Source of the DNA: a bacterium
GTDB taxonomy: Bacteria; Patescibacteriota; Minisyncoccia; Minisyncoccales; UBA10102
Direction of reading: 5' to 3'
Length of the DNA stretch: 64,000 nucleotides
NCBI GenBank assembly: GCA_030647485.1
Contig: JAUSJT010000001.1
Coordinates: 76,947-140,946, forward strand
A model generated the notes under the pieces. That model searched no databases and was not told the DNA's origin. It was given only the letters and a program-made list of their open reading frames with translations. Made by a program: the position numbers and the translations under genes. Shown in pieces: positions 37,611 to 47,338 of this stretch. Positions within the stretch are counted from its first letter, which is position 1, and the number at the start of each line of letters is the position of its first letter.

Positions 37611-39297
37611 ACAAGGCGTATTGGTTGGTATACTGTTCCTTATCCTTCCGCTGTTTGTTTCTGCAGACATCGTAGGAGAGAGGAAGAGTTTTTTTGTTGA
37701 TTCTTCATATGACGAGTTAAAGCGCGATACGCTTGAAGCAACCCTTCGCGTAGCCAATTCAAAGGCGTATTTTTACATTGAAGACGCCTGGTGGAATGGT
37801 TTGTCTTTGTCTGATCAATATGCAACCGAGCAGGTTGTTATTGCGTTGGCGCAGGAATTTGAGCAAAATATCTATCCTTCTCTCACGCAGGTATTCGGGT
37901 TTGAATGGAAGCCCGGCATTGACAACAATGACGCAATAACCGTTCTTCTGCACTTGATGCGCCAAGACGCAGGCGGTTACACCGACTACGGGAACGAATA
38001 CTCCAAATTGCAGAACCCGAAATCAAATGAGAGGGAAATGGTCTATGTAAACCTTCGCCAGCTGCACGCTCCCTTGATGAAAAACTTTCTCGCTCACGAG
38101 TTCACCCACCTTATAACTTTCAATCAGAAAGACAAAATAAGGAACGTTTCAGAAGAGGTCTGGTTAAATGAGGTGCGCGCGGAATACGCCCCGACCCTTA
38201 TGGGGTATGACGCGAACTATGAAAACAGTAACTTAAAGCAGCGCATCAAGAACTTTCTGGATAAGCCTTCCAATTCTCTCACGGAATGGGAAAGCAAGAC
38301 GTATGACTATGGCGCAGCAAATCTCTTTGCGCAGTATTTGGTTGACCAGTATGGGAAGGAGGTCCTTGTCGATTCTCTGAAATCTTCCAAAGTAGGCATT
38401 GCTTCCGTGAACGAGGCGCTGACGAAGGGAGCGTTTCAGGAGGACTTTTCGCAGGTGTTCACAAATTGGGTTATTACGCTGTTTTTGAACGATTGCGCGT
38501 ATGGCGCCAGGTACTGCTACCATAATCCCCATTTGGTGAATTTTCGCGTTATTCCACAGACGAATTTCTTCCCTTCTATTGGAGAAAATATCTTGGTGCT
38601 GAACAATGTAACCCAGGATTGGGTAGGGAATTGGTATAAAATAGTGGGAGGAAAAGACACGCTCAAGGTTGAGTTTAGAGGAGACCCCGGAGGAGTGTTC
38701 CGGGTGCCGTATATTATAGAAGACGCGCAACGGAAATTCTCTGTTCAATTTCTCTTTTTGAATGGGGAGAATAATGGGGAGCTGTTCATACCCAAATTCA
38801 ACAGCGACGTGCGGTCTGTTATCGTTCTCCCAATATCTCAAAAGAAGATTCAGGAATTGGACGAGAAACATCCTGCGTATCCATTTTCTCTCTCTATCTC
38901 TACAACGAAGCGATCCCCGGAAGCGGAGCAGGAACTTATCACCCAGCTTCTCTTGCAAATTGATGTTTTGAAAAAGAGAATCGCGGAGTTGCAGGCGGAG
39001 TTAGCTCGAACCCTCGGGAATCAGGGAGGTATTCCATGTATGCAGCTCACCAAGAACTTGTTTTTTGGTATGAGAGGGGATAGCGAGGTGAGTTGCCTCC
39101 AAGAGTTCCTGAAGTTGAAAGAACCGGAGCTGTATCCTGAAGGGTTGGTTTCTGGCAACTTCTTTGCTCTTACCCAAGCTGCGGTGGTACGGTTCCAGGA
39201 GAAATACCAATCTGAAGTGCTAGCTCCTCTAGGCCTTGCCCAAGGAACAGGATATGTTGGATCTTTGACCCGCAAGAAACTCAACGAGCTGTTCTAG
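37579..39297 (+). CDS. Secreted zinc metallopeptidase (M30/hyicolysin-like) with C-terminal PG-binding-like domain
   Basis: LAHEFTHLI zincin motif plus WLNE; GIDN..ITVL..GGY; C-terminal V.CLQEFL..T.AAVVRFQEKY..GTGYVG.LTRKKLN. Confidence 0.8.
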   Translation: MPIFSMQERSKQGVLVGILFLILPLFVSADIVGERKSFFVDSSYDELKRDTLEATLRVANSKAYFYIEDAWWNGLSLSDQYATEQVVIALAQEFEQNIYPSLTQVFGFEWKPGIDNNDAITVLLHLMRQDAGGYTDYGNEYSKLQNPKSNEREMVYVNLRQLHAPLMKNFLAHEFTHLITFNQKDKIRNVSEEVWLNEVRAEYAPTLMGYDANYENSNLKQRIKNFLDKPSNSLTEWESKTYDYGAANLFAQYLVDQYGKEVLVDSLKSSKVGIASVNEALTKGAFQEDFSQVFTNWVITLFLNDCAYGARYCYHNPHLVNFRVIPQTNFFPSIGENILVLNNVTQDWVGNWYKIVGGKDTLKVEFRGDPGGVFRVPYIIEDAQRKFSVQFLFLNGENNGELFIPKFNSDVRSVIVLPISQKKIQELDEKHPAYPFSLSISTTKRSPEAEQELITQLLLQIDVLKKRIAELQAELARTLGNQGGIPCMQLTKNLFFGMRGDSEVSCLQEFLKLKEPELYPEGLVSGNFFALTQAAVVRFQEKYQSEVLAPLGLAQGTGYVGSLTRKKLNELF

Positions 39298-39303
39298 GGT
39301 TGA

Positions 39304-39364
39304 CCCCCACCACTTAAAATTAAGTATGGGGGTTATCCCCACACTCATAGTATGAGTAGTGGGG
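39304..39364. repeat. Two tandem REP-like hairpins (CCCCAC family)
   Basis: 39304-39332 and 39337-39364. Confidence 0.75.
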
Positions 39365-39399
39365 ATTGACAAATTTCCATTGATTTGCTATGATGGTTT

Positions 39400-39481
39400 T
39401 GGTGAGTGTGAGTTCCAAGCAATTGGATACTTCAATGTAAGACGACGACAGACCTCTCTATAGCGAGGTCTGTTGTTTTTT
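39400..39481 (+). ncRNA. Candidate small RNA with own promoter and terminator
   Basis: TTGACA(39366)-17-TATGAT(39389) upstream; ACAGACCTC..GAGGTCTGT hairpin plus T-run at 39445-39481. Confidence 0.4.
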
Positions 39482-39581
39482 AAGAGCGTTTTTGATAGTA
39501 TAGAGGCGGATCGGGAGCAGCGCTCACTAAGTCTTACAACTGGAGTCAAGCGCTCCCGGTCCATTTTGGGAATAATCGCTT

Positions 39582-39705
39582 GATAAACTTATTTTCATAC
39601 TATCGTTCCTCAAAATCCCCAGCGAGATTTTGGGAACTGCGCTCTCGGCAATTTCATGAACCATGCGAAATTGCCTCCGAGGGCTAGTCTGAAAATTAGT
39701 TTATC
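39582..39705. mobile_element. MITE-like / multi-hairpin element with 21 bp terminal inverted repeats
   Basis: GATAAACTTATTTTCATACTA ... TAGTCTGAAAATTAGTTTATC (19/21 complementary) enclosing two internal hairpins. Confidence 0.5.
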
Positions 39706-39714
39706 CGCTCTAGT

Positions 39715-40662
39715 ATGCCAGATACGTTGAGTAGATTTCTTGGAGGATTACAAAAGAACGTGTCTCTGAAGAAATACACGACGTTTCGCATTGGCGGGAA
39801 CGCCAAGTATTTTTTTATTGCGAGAACCATTCCCCTTGTCATTAAAGCAATTAAAGTGGCAAGGGATTTGCGAACCCCCTTTTTTATTCTGGGAGGAGGA
39901 AGCAATCTTGTAGTTTCAGATAAAGGATTCTCTGGCTTAGTGGTTCACATTCAGACAAAGAAATACAGAATAGAAGCCGGAAAGTTTTTTTGCGAAGCCG
40001 GAGTTTCAATGGCGACATTGGTCAAAGAGACCGGGAAGAGAGGGCTCTCTGGTTTTGAATGGGCAGGCGGATTGCCAGGGTCTGTGGGGGGAGCAATACG
40101 CGGCAACGCAGGAGCATTCAAGGGAGAGATCAAAGATAATATTCTTTGGGTTATAGCGCTTGATAAGAAAGGGCGGGAAAAGCTGTTCTTAAGAAACAGA
40201 TGCAAATTTTCTTATCGTTCCTCCTTATTCAAAGAAAAAGGATTAGTGATTCTCTCTGCGGCGTTTTCGTTAAAGAAAGGGAATAAGCGCGCCATACAAT
40301 CAATTGCCGCAGACCACATTGCATATCGCAAAGAAAGGCATCCCTTAGAATATCCCAACGCAGGAAGCGTGTTTAAAAACTGTGATCTTAAGAAATTTTC
40401 CCTTGCTTTGCAAAAAAAGCTCCAGCCCGCAGTAAAGATAGATCCGTTCCCCGTGGTTCCTACTGCGTATCTCAACGACCAGGCCGGTTTAAAGGGTGTG
40501 CGCCAAAATGCTATTCAAGTTTCGGTAAAACACCCCAATTGCATGGTGAATCTTGGGAAAGGAAAGGCAAAAGATGTGATTCTGCTGATGCAGAAAGTGA
40601 AAAAAATCATCAAAAAGAAGTTTGGAGTTGAGTTAGAACAGGAGATAGAGTTCGTTGAGTGA
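39715..40662 (+). CDS. murB: UDP-N-acetylenolpyruvoylglucosamine reductase
   Basis: TTFRIGG.A, LGGGSNLV, GLPGSVGGAIRGNAGA, FSYRSS, NAGSVFKN, KHPN.MVN, LEQE. Confidence 0.95.
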   Translation: MPDTLSRFLGGLQKNVSLKKYTTFRIGGNAKYFFIARTIPLVIKAIKVARDLRTPFFILGGGSNLVVSDKGFSGLVVHIQTKKYRIEAGKFFCEAGVSMATLVKETGKRGLSGFEWAGGLPGSVGGAIRGNAGAFKGEIKDNILWVIALDKKGREKLFLRNRCKFSYRSSLFKEKGLVILSAAFSLKKGNKRAIQSIAADHIAYRKERHPLEYPNAGSVFKNCDLKKFSLALQKKLQPAVKIDPFPVVPTAYLNDQAGLKGVRQNAIQVSVKHPNCMVNLGKGKAKDVILLMQKVKKIIKKKFGVELEQEIEFVE

Positions 40663-40813
40663 TGTTTTGGGTTATCCACATTGACACTATGTGCTGCAGG
40701 TGAGAAAATAATATAAGACGTTGCGGGTAGTAAAAATGCGGTCGATGCTATTCGCCAGTGTACTATATCGTTGAACATATTTTCTCGACACAATTCGGGA
40801 ATACAATATACCT

Positions 40814-40852
40814 ATGGCAAAAAAGAAAGGAGGAAAGAAGAAGAAGAAATAA
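40814..40852 (+). CDS. Putative 12-aa Lys-rich micropeptide MAKKKGGKKKKK
   Basis: Clean ATG..TAA in intergenic gap, followed by terminator hairpins. Confidence 0.45.
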   Translation: MAKKKGGKKKKK

Positions 40853-40867
40853 CAATTGTCTTCTCTG

Positions 40868-40948
40868 AACAATCCCGTTTCTGAAAAGAAGCGGGATTGT
40901 TTTTTTAGAACAATCCCGCTTCTCCAAAGAATCAGGGTTGTTTTTTTC
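40868..40948 (+). terminator. Tandem terminator hairpins with alternative 2:3 pairing
   Basis: AACAATCCCGTTTC/GAAGCGGGATTGTT plus T-run, then AACAATCCCGCTTC/GAATCAGGGTTGTT plus T-run. Confidence 0.7.
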
Positions 40949-40972
40949 TTATAAAATGATACACTCAATGCT

Positions 40973-41338
40973 ATGCGGCAGATACAGAGAAGAATTTCTC
41001 GCGTTGGAGTCCATGTCATAGCCGATTTCTGGGGCGGGAGAGTTATTAAAAGTACGCGAGAGTTGAAAACCCTTCTCGCAAGAGCCGCAAAAAAAGGGGA
41101 GAATACTCCTTTGAAATTCGCCCTACACAAGTTTTCTCCGCAGGGCATCACAGGAGTCGTGCTCCTGGCGGAATCGCACATTGCTCTCCATACGTGGCCG
41201 GAGTTTAAATATACCGCAATAGACATTTTTACATGCGGTAAAAAATCAAAGCCCGAGGAAGCGCTCAAATTTCTCCAAGGAGAGCTTCGGCCCAAGCGGA
41301 TGCAGGTTAGAAAGATAAAACGGGGGAATGCATTGTAA
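40973..41338 (+). CDS. speD: S-adenosylmethionine decarboxylase proenzyme
   Basis: G.HVIADFW, F.PQGITGVVLLAESHIALHTWPE..Y.AIDIFTCG (E-S autocleavage site). Confidence 0.92.
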   Translation: MRQIQRRISRVGVHVIADFWGGRVIKSTRELKTLLARAAKKGENTPLKFALHKFSPQGITGVVLLAESHIALHTWPEFKYTAIDIFTCGKKSKPEEALKFLQGELRPKRMQVRKIKRGNAL

Positions 41339-41355
41339 TATAAAGAGTTTCTCGC

Positions 41356-43782
41356 ATGGCCTTTTTAGAAAAGATATTTGGGGGTGGGCAAGACCACTTT
41401 GCAAAGAAAGTTGCAGGTTCTGTCAAGAACATCAACGCTTTAGAACTTGATACGCAGGCGAGGTCTCTTGACGCTCTCAAAGAAAAAACACAAGAGCTTA
41501 AAGATCGTCTCGGCAAGGGAGAATCGCTAGTTGAACTCTTAGAGGAGGCTTTCGCGCTAGTGCGTGAATCGTCCAGAAGAACGCTGGGGCAGCGGCATTT
41601 TGATGTGCAGCTCATGGGAGGCATTGCTTTGCACCAGGGCAAGATAGCAGAAATGCGCACAGGAGAAGGGAAAACACTTGTGGCAACGCTAGCTGCATAT
41701 CTTAACGCCTTGGAGGGGAAGGGAGTGCATATAGTAACCGTGAACGATTATCTTGCAAAGAGAGACACCGTGTGGATGGGACAAATTTATTATGCTTTGG
41801 GTTTGAGCGTGGGATGCATTACGCATGACTCTTCCTATATATATGACCCTAGCGTGCAGGCGGGAGGGGCCCAAGACAGAGAACGCGACATAGTGGGAGG
41901 ATTCAAAGTAGTAGAGAGTTATCTAAAGCTTGTTACGAGGAAAGAGGCGTATGTCGCAGATATTACCTATGGCACGAACAACGAGTTTGGGTTTGACTAT
42001 TTGAGAGATAACATGGCGTATGATCTGAACGCCCAAACCCAGCGAGGGCAGCACTTTGCCATTATTGACGAGGTAGACTCCATTCTTATTGACGAGGCGC
42101 GCACCCCTTTGATTATTTCCGCTCCAGACCAAGAATCCTCTGATTGGTACAAAGATTTCGCAAGAATTATTCCGCGCCTGGGGACAGAGGGGGATTATGA
42201 GAAAGATGAGAAATTAAAAACGGTAACCCTCACCGAATCTGGCATTGATAAGGTGGAACATTTGCTTGGATTAAAGGATATATATGAGGAGAGGGGAATC
42301 AAATATCTTCATCACTTAGAGCAGGCTCTGAAAGCCCAGGTTCTGTTTGAGAGAGACAAAGATTATGTTGTGAAAGACGGACAGGTAGTTATTGTAGACG
42401 AGTTTACCGGCAGGATGCTCCCGGGGCGCAGATACTCTGGGGGATTGCATCAGGCGCTTGAAGCGAAAGAAGGGGTGCGCGTTCAGCCCGAATCGCTGAC
42501 CCTAGCTTCCATTAGCTTTCAGAACTATTTTCGCTTATACGCAAAGCTAGCGGGAATGACCGGAACCGCCCAGACTTCCGCGGAAGAATTCTTTAAGGTG
42601 TATGGGCTGGAAGTGGTAAGCGTTCCTACGAATAAACCCATGGCTAGACAGGATATCCCAGATAAGGTGTATCAGACAGAAAAAGCAAAGTTTCAGGCAT
42701 TGGCAAAAGAAGTTGCCACGCGCCATGCGCAGGGCCAGCCCGTTCTTGTGGGAACTGTTTCTATCCAAAAGAATGAATATCTAAGCGCTTTACTCAAGAC
42801 CGAAGGAATTCCGCATGAAGTTTTGAATGCGAAGGCGCATGAGCGGGAAGGAGAGATTATTGCGCAAGCAGGTAGAAAAGACGCTGTCACCATTGCTACG
42901 AATATGGCAGGCCGAGGAGTGGATATCATCTTGGGCGGGAATCCTTCTTTACCCGACGAAGCGAATGCAGTTCGCGAAGTCGGTGGTCTTTATGTGATTG
43001 GAACGGAGCGCCATGAAGCAAGGAGAATAGATAACCAACTGCGAGGGAGGGCAGGAAGACAAGGGGATCCTGGATCTTCGCAGTTTTTCCTTTCCTTGGA
43101 TGACGACCTCATTCGGATTTTTGGAGGAGAAAAGATGCAGCACATGATGAAAGGTTTTCATATCCCAGAAGACCAGCCCATTGAGTCAAAACTCGTCTCC
43201 TCTGCTATTGAATCTGCACAGGGGAAAGTGGAGGGATTCAACTTTGACGCGAGAAAGCACTTATTGGATTACGATGACGTGCTGAATAAGCACCGGGAGG
43301 TGATGTATAAAAAGCGAAAGGAGGTATTGGAGAAATCTCAAAGTTCAAGCCTTAAGGGTCAACTTTTAGAGATTATTGAGAAGGCAGGACATACAAAAGA
43401 AGAGTATGAAAAAAAAGAACAAGAGTTAGGGCCGGAGAATATGCGCCAGGCAGAGAAGCTTGTATGTCTGCGCGTTATTGATTCTTTATGGATTGAACAT
43501 TTGGAGAACATGGAGCAGCTTCGAGATTCTGTGCGATTGCGTGCATACGGCCAGCAAGATCCTCTCGTAGAGTATAAAAATGAAGGGCATAGAATGTTTA
43601 AGAGTCTTTTGGAGCATATTGATGTGTTAATAGCCCAGTCCATATTTGGAGTGCGTATGACGACGCAGGCTCAACCTGCTCCGACTCAGGTTATTTCAAG
43701 CAATGAGCCGAAGGCTGGGAGAAACGACCCGTGTCCCTGTGGAAGCGGTAAGAAATATAAGCGCTGTCATGGGAATAATTAA
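41356..43782 (+). CDS. secA: Preprotein translocase ATPase SecA
   Basis: [71 protein letters not shown]. Confidence 0.97.
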   Translation: MAFLEKIFGGGQDHFAKKVAGSVKNINALELDTQARSLDALKEKTQELKDRLGKGESLVELLEEAFALVRESSRRTLGQRHFDVQLMGGIALHQGKIAEMRTGEGKTLVATLAAYLNALEGKGVHIVTVNDYLAKRDTVWMGQIYYALGLSVGCITHDSSYIYDPSVQAGGAQDRERDIVGGFKVVESYLKLVTRKEAYVADITYGTNNEFGFDYLRDNMAYDLNAQTQRGQHFAIIDEVDSILIDEARTPLIISAPDQESSDWYKDFARIIPRLGTEGDYEKDEKLKTVTLTESGIDKVEHLLGLKDIYEERGIKYLHHLEQALKAQVLFERDKDYVVKDGQVVIVDEFTGRMLPGRRYSGGLHQALEAKEGVRVQPESLTLASISFQNYFRLYAKLAGMTGTAQTSAEEFFKVYGLEVVSVPTNKPMARQDIPDKVYQTEKAKFQALAKEVATRHAQGQPVLVGTVSIQKNEYLSALLKTEGIPHEVLNAKAHEREGEIIAQAGRKDAVTIATNMAGRGVDIILGGNPSLPDEANAVREVGGLYVIGTERHEARRIDNQLRGRAGRQGDPGSSQFFLSLDDDLIRIFGGEKMQHMMKGFHIPEDQPIESKLVSSAIESAQGKVEGFNFDARKHLLDYDDVLNKHREVMYKKRKEVLEKSQSSSLKGQLLEIIEKAGHTKEEYEKKEQELGPENMRQAEKLVCLRVIDSLWIEHLENMEQLRDSVRLRAYGQQDPLVEYKNEGHRMFKSLLEHIDVLIAQSIFGVRMTTQAQPAPTQVISSNEPKAGRNDPCPCGSGKKYKRCHGNN

Positions 43783-43799
43783 ATCTATATGATTTCATT

Positions 43800-43925
43800 A
43801 TGAGGAAAATAAAAATTAAACCTAAAGAAGAGGCGATTGCAGCTGTTTTAAAAGCAGAACAAGAAGTTCGCCGGGGCAGAATGCTCAAGGGAGATTTAAG
43901 GAAACTGGCACGCAAAATGCCTTAA
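43800..43925 (+). CDS. Small antitoxin-like remnant, 41 aa
   Basis: AVLKAEQEVRRGRMLKGDL; immediately upstream of toxin remnant. Confidence 0.45.
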   Translation: MRKIKIKPKEEAIAAVLKAEQEVRRGRMLKGDLRKLARKMP

Positions 43926-43929
43926 CGGT

Positions 43930-44021
43930 ATGGACGTATCATACGCCCCAACGTTCGTGCGCCAGTTTAAGGCATTGGAGAAAAATCTCCAGTAGAAGAT
44001 CACGATATCTACTCAATGTGA
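43930..44021 (+). pseudogene. Internally deleted RelE-like toxin remnant
   Basis: N-term MDVSYAPTFVRQFKALEKNLQ* followed in another frame by DHDIY C-terminal motif (compare IGTHSIY of the 27108 toxin). Confidence 0.55.
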
Positions 44022-44068
44022 GCTCGGGGAGTTGTAAAAAAGAACGAGTTCTGGTAGCATAGATATCT

Positions 44069-45418
44069 ATGAGAAAGAAACGGGTATACCTTATCATTCT
44101 TGCTCTCATAATTTTGGGCGCGAGCTCTGCCATTTTTGTATACCCCCAGTATATCAACGGTCTTTTAGGAAAGGTTGGGATTATACCTCCTTTTATTCGC
44201 ATTCCCGAGGTTCCTTTCCAACTCGGCCTGGATCTTCAGGGGGGCATGCATTTAGTGTACCAGGCAGACCTTTCCCAAATTCAGAGCGTAGAGTATGACT
44301 CTGCGATGGCAGGGTTGCGGGATGTCATTGAACGGAGAGTCAACCTATTCGGGGTCAAGGAACCTCTGGTGCAGACAGAGGGATCAGGGGGCGAGCAACG
44401 GTTAATTGTTGAGCTTGCCGGAGTTTTGGATTTTCAAGAAGCAGCCCGGCTCATTGGTCAGACTCCGTATCTTGAGTTCGCAGAGCAGAAAGAGAACTAC
44501 GAAGAGGTTATAGCAAACAATCAAAAGGTTATTGAAGCTCAAGAAGGGAATCTTGAGAATCCCTTTGCCTCCACTCCTTTAACAGGAAGGTATTTGGAAC
44601 GGGCCGAGCTTTCATTTGATTCCATTACTCAAGAATCTCAAGTTCAGCTCCAGTTTGACGAAGAAGGCGCGAAGCTCTTTGAAGAGTTGACTACAAAGAA
44701 CGTGAGTCGTCCCCTGGCTATATTTTTGGACGGCCAGCTTCTTTCAGCCCCTATTGTCCAAGAGCCCATTTCAGGAGGAAAGGCCCAGATTACAGGGCAG
44801 TTTTCAGTAGAGGAAGCGCGTCAAATCGTGCGGGACTTGAATGCGGGAGCCCTTCCCGTGCCCATTTCTCTTCTTTCCCAACAGAATGTGGGGGCAACTC
44901 TTGGGCATGATTCTTTGGTGAAGAGCTTGAACGCCGGGGCCATAGGATTTTTAGGCGTTATTCTGTTCATGATCATGATGTATCGTGTGCCAGGGCTTTT
45001 TGCGTGTTTTGCGCTTTTATTGTACCTTATGCTCCTTCTCGCACTATTCAAAATTATCCCCGTCACCTTAACGCTGGCTGGAATCGCAGGGGTTATCTTA
45101 TCTGTTGGTATGGCAGTGGATGCAAACGTACTTATCTTTTCCAGAATGAGGGAAGAATTGCGGGAAGGAAAGAGTTTCCTTGTTGCCATGGAAGAGGGAT
45201 TTATACGAGCATGGCCTTCTATTCGAGACGGGAACCTTACCACCTTGTTTGTTTCTTTAATTCTATTCTGGTTTGGTTCTTCTTTCGTGCAGGGTTTTGC
45301 TTTGACACTCTCTTTGGGAATAGTTCTAAGCATGTTTTCTGGCATTGTCGTGACAAGGAATTTGATGCGGATGTTCGCGGGAACATTCTTTGAAAAACTC
45401 ACATGGTTGTGGAAATGA
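44069..45418 (+). CDS. secD: Protein translocase subunit SecD
   Basis: LGLDLQGG, IERRVNLFGVKEP, LNAGALPVP, GMAVDANVLIF.R.REE, I.DGNLTT. Confidence 0.95.
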   Translation: MRKKRVYLIILALIILGASSAIFVYPQYINGLLGKVGIIPPFIRIPEVPFQLGLDLQGGMHLVYQADLSQIQSVEYDSAMAGLRDVIERRVNLFGVKEPLVQTEGSGGEQRLIVELAGVLDFQEAARLIGQTPYLEFAEQKENYEEVIANNQKVIEAQEGNLENPFASTPLTGRYLERAELSFDSITQESQVQLQFDEEGAKLFEELTTKNVSRPLAIFLDGQLLSAPIVQEPISGGKAQITGQFSVEEARQIVRDLNAGALPVPISLLSQQNVGATLGHDSLVKSLNAGAIGFLGVILFMIMMYRVPGLFACFALLLYLMLLLALFKIIPVTLTLAGIAGVILSVGMAVDANVLIFSRMREELREGKSFLVAMEEGFIRAWPSIRDGNLTTLFVSLILFWFGSSFVQGFALTLSLGIVLSMFSGIVVTRNLMRMFAGTFFEKLTWLWK

Positions 45419-46269
45419 AAAATATTTTTGCTTTCATCGCAATACTTTTTGTGGTTGCGGCCTGTACGAGCTTGTTGCTGTTTGGGTTGCGCTTTGGCAT
45501 TGATTTTACGGGAGGCACTATATTGGAAGCAGAATACAAAGAGAGCAGACCTTCCATGGATGAAATTTCAACATCTCTGCAGAACGCGGGGATTGCGTCG
45601 TTTACCGTACAACCCCTTGGAGAAAAGGGTATAGTGGTGCGCCTCAAGGAAATTCCTCAAGAAACTCATGCTCTCATACTGGAAAAACTTGGAGATCAAG
45701 CGCAGGAAAACCGTTTTGAAACTATAGGCCCTGTGATAGGGAAGGAACTCCGGTCTAAAACCGTATGGTTTACAATCCTTTCTCTTCTTCTTATCGTTGG
45801 ATATATCGGGCTTGCTTTCCGAAGAACAGTTGAATACATGAAGTCGTGGCAATGGAGCGTTGCAGCTTTAATTTCGCTTTCCCATAATCTTCTTATCCCT
45901 TTGGGCGTCCTTGCCATTCTGGGAAAGTTCCAGGGAGTTGAGGTGGACATTCCTATTGTGGTTGCGCTTTTAACTGTGGTGGGGTATTCAATCAACGATA
46001 CGATTGTGGTATTTGACCGGATACGGGAGAATTTGGTGCGCCATCGCGGCGTTGATTTTGAAGACACGGTTCAGAGAAGCATCCGAGAGACTTTTGCACG
46101 GTCTTTCAATACGGGCTTTGCAACCATTCTGACGCTTTTGGCAATTGTATTTTTTGGAGGGGAAACGCTCCGGCTTTTCTCACTCATCCTTATTATAGGG
46201 ATTGTTGCGGGAACGTATGCTTCGCTTTTCTTTGCTCCTTGGGTTCTCAAGGTATTGCGAAAGAGTTGA
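45415..46269 (+). CDS. secF: Protein translocase subunit SecF
   Basis: GIDFTGG, IGPVIGKEL, GYSINDTIVVFDRIREN; ATGA overlap with secD stop. Confidence 0.95.
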   Translation: MKNIFAFIAILFVVAACTSLLLFGLRFGIDFTGGTILEAEYKESRPSMDEISTSLQNAGIASFTVQPLGEKGIVVRLKEIPQETHALILEKLGDQAQENRFETIGPVIGKELRSKTVWFTILSLLLIVGYIGLAFRRTVEYMKSWQWSVAALISLSHNLLIPLGVLAILGKFQGVEVDIPIVVALLTVVGYSINDTIVVFDRIRENLVRHRGVDFEDTVQRSIRETFARSFNTGFATILTLLAIVFFGGETLRLFSLILIIGIVAGTYASLFFAPWVLKVLRKS

Positions 46270-46307
46270 CATTACTCTTTATCTATGGTTTCATATACTA
46301 ATACCCG

Positions 46308-47336
46308 ATGAATTTTGCATATCCTAAAGTTGCTTCCAGTTTAGTTTCAGGGCTGGGGTCTCGAGTCAGGGACATTGTCTCGAGGCGTTTTGGGTTGGCA
46401 CAGGAGAATCCCGAGACATTAGAGGCGATAGGTAGTGTGCATCACATTACGCGAGAACGGGTGCGCCAAATCGTTCAAGACACATTGCGTCAGATACGAG
46501 AAGAAATAGAGGCGGATAGAAGCAGCCAGGCGCATGGGGTATTTCAATATTTTAGCGATACTTTGAGACGGGCAGGCTCCATGAAGCGGGAAGATCTTCT
46601 TTGCGATATGCTGGGAGCGCGAGGAGCCGCAAACCCGGTGGTGTTTTTGCTTGTCGTAGGAGATGAGTTTTTTGATCATCGAGAGACCCAGGACTTCTAT
46701 TCGTTTTGGTCTTTGAAAAAGGAGATGGTGGAACGGGCTTCTGATTTTAACCAGAATCTTCTTTCGTTCTTTGAGAAGAAGGAAGCTCCCGTCCAGGAGG
46801 AAGAGATTGAGGCGTTGCCATATGATGTATTGCGCGGCAAGAGCTTGCTCTCATTTTTGGAGGCGTCAAAGCATATTATGCGCTCTTGGGACGGGAAGTG
46901 GGGATTGAGAACGTGGCCCGAGGTGAATCCAAGGGGCATTAGGGATAAGGCATACCTTGTGCTTAAGCGCTATGAAAAACCCCTGCATTTTACCAAAGTT
47001 TCCAAGCTCATTGAAGAATTCCAGGGGGAATTCCTGCAGAATAAGGAAAAAAGAGTGCTGCCCCAGACCGTGCATAATGAGCTTATTAAAGATGAGCGTT
47101 TTGTGCTTGTAGGACGGGGAACGTATGCTCTGTCTGATTGGGGGTATGAGCCAGGAACCGTAAAAGATGTTATTATGTCTTTATTGAGGGGGAACGGAGG
47201 AAGAATGGCAAAAGAGGACATTATGGAGAAGACGCTTTCCCAACGGCAGGTAAAAGAGAGCACCATTGAGCTTAACCTTCAAGATAAGAGCATGTTCTCT
47301 CGGGACCCTCAAGGCAGGTATTTTATTAAAGCGTAG
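46308..47336 (+). CDS. Sigma70 region-4 HTH fused to HARE-HTH/RNAP delta-like domains
   Basis: RRFGL..TLEAIG...ITRERVRQI; KPLHF..QTVHNELIKDERFVLVGRGTYALSDWGY. Confidence 0.75.
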   Translation: MNFAYPKVASSLVSGLGSRVRDIVSRRFGLAQENPETLEAIGSVHHITRERVRQIVQDTLRQIREEIEADRSSQAHGVFQYFSDTLRRAGSMKREDLLCDMLGARGAANPVVFLLVVGDEFFDHRETQDFYSFWSLKKEMVERASDFNQNLLSFFEKKEAPVQEEEIEALPYDVLRGKSLLSFLEASKHIMRSWDGKWGLRTWPEVNPRGIRDKAYLVLKRYEKPLHFTKVSKLIEEFQGEFLQNKEKRVLPQTVHNELIKDERFVLVGRGTYALSDWGYEPGTVKDVIMSLLRGNGGRMAKEDIMEKTLSQRQVKESTIELNLQDKSMFSRDPQGRYFIKA

Positions 47337-47338
47337 AA

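Noticed and set aside
36887..40680. Replication origin
   Set aside because: DnaA boxes are isolated; no dnaA/dnaN, no box cluster and no switch in gene orientation.
40687..41295. 202-aa minus-strand ORF
   Set aside because: Antisense to speD and its leader; no recognisable motifs.
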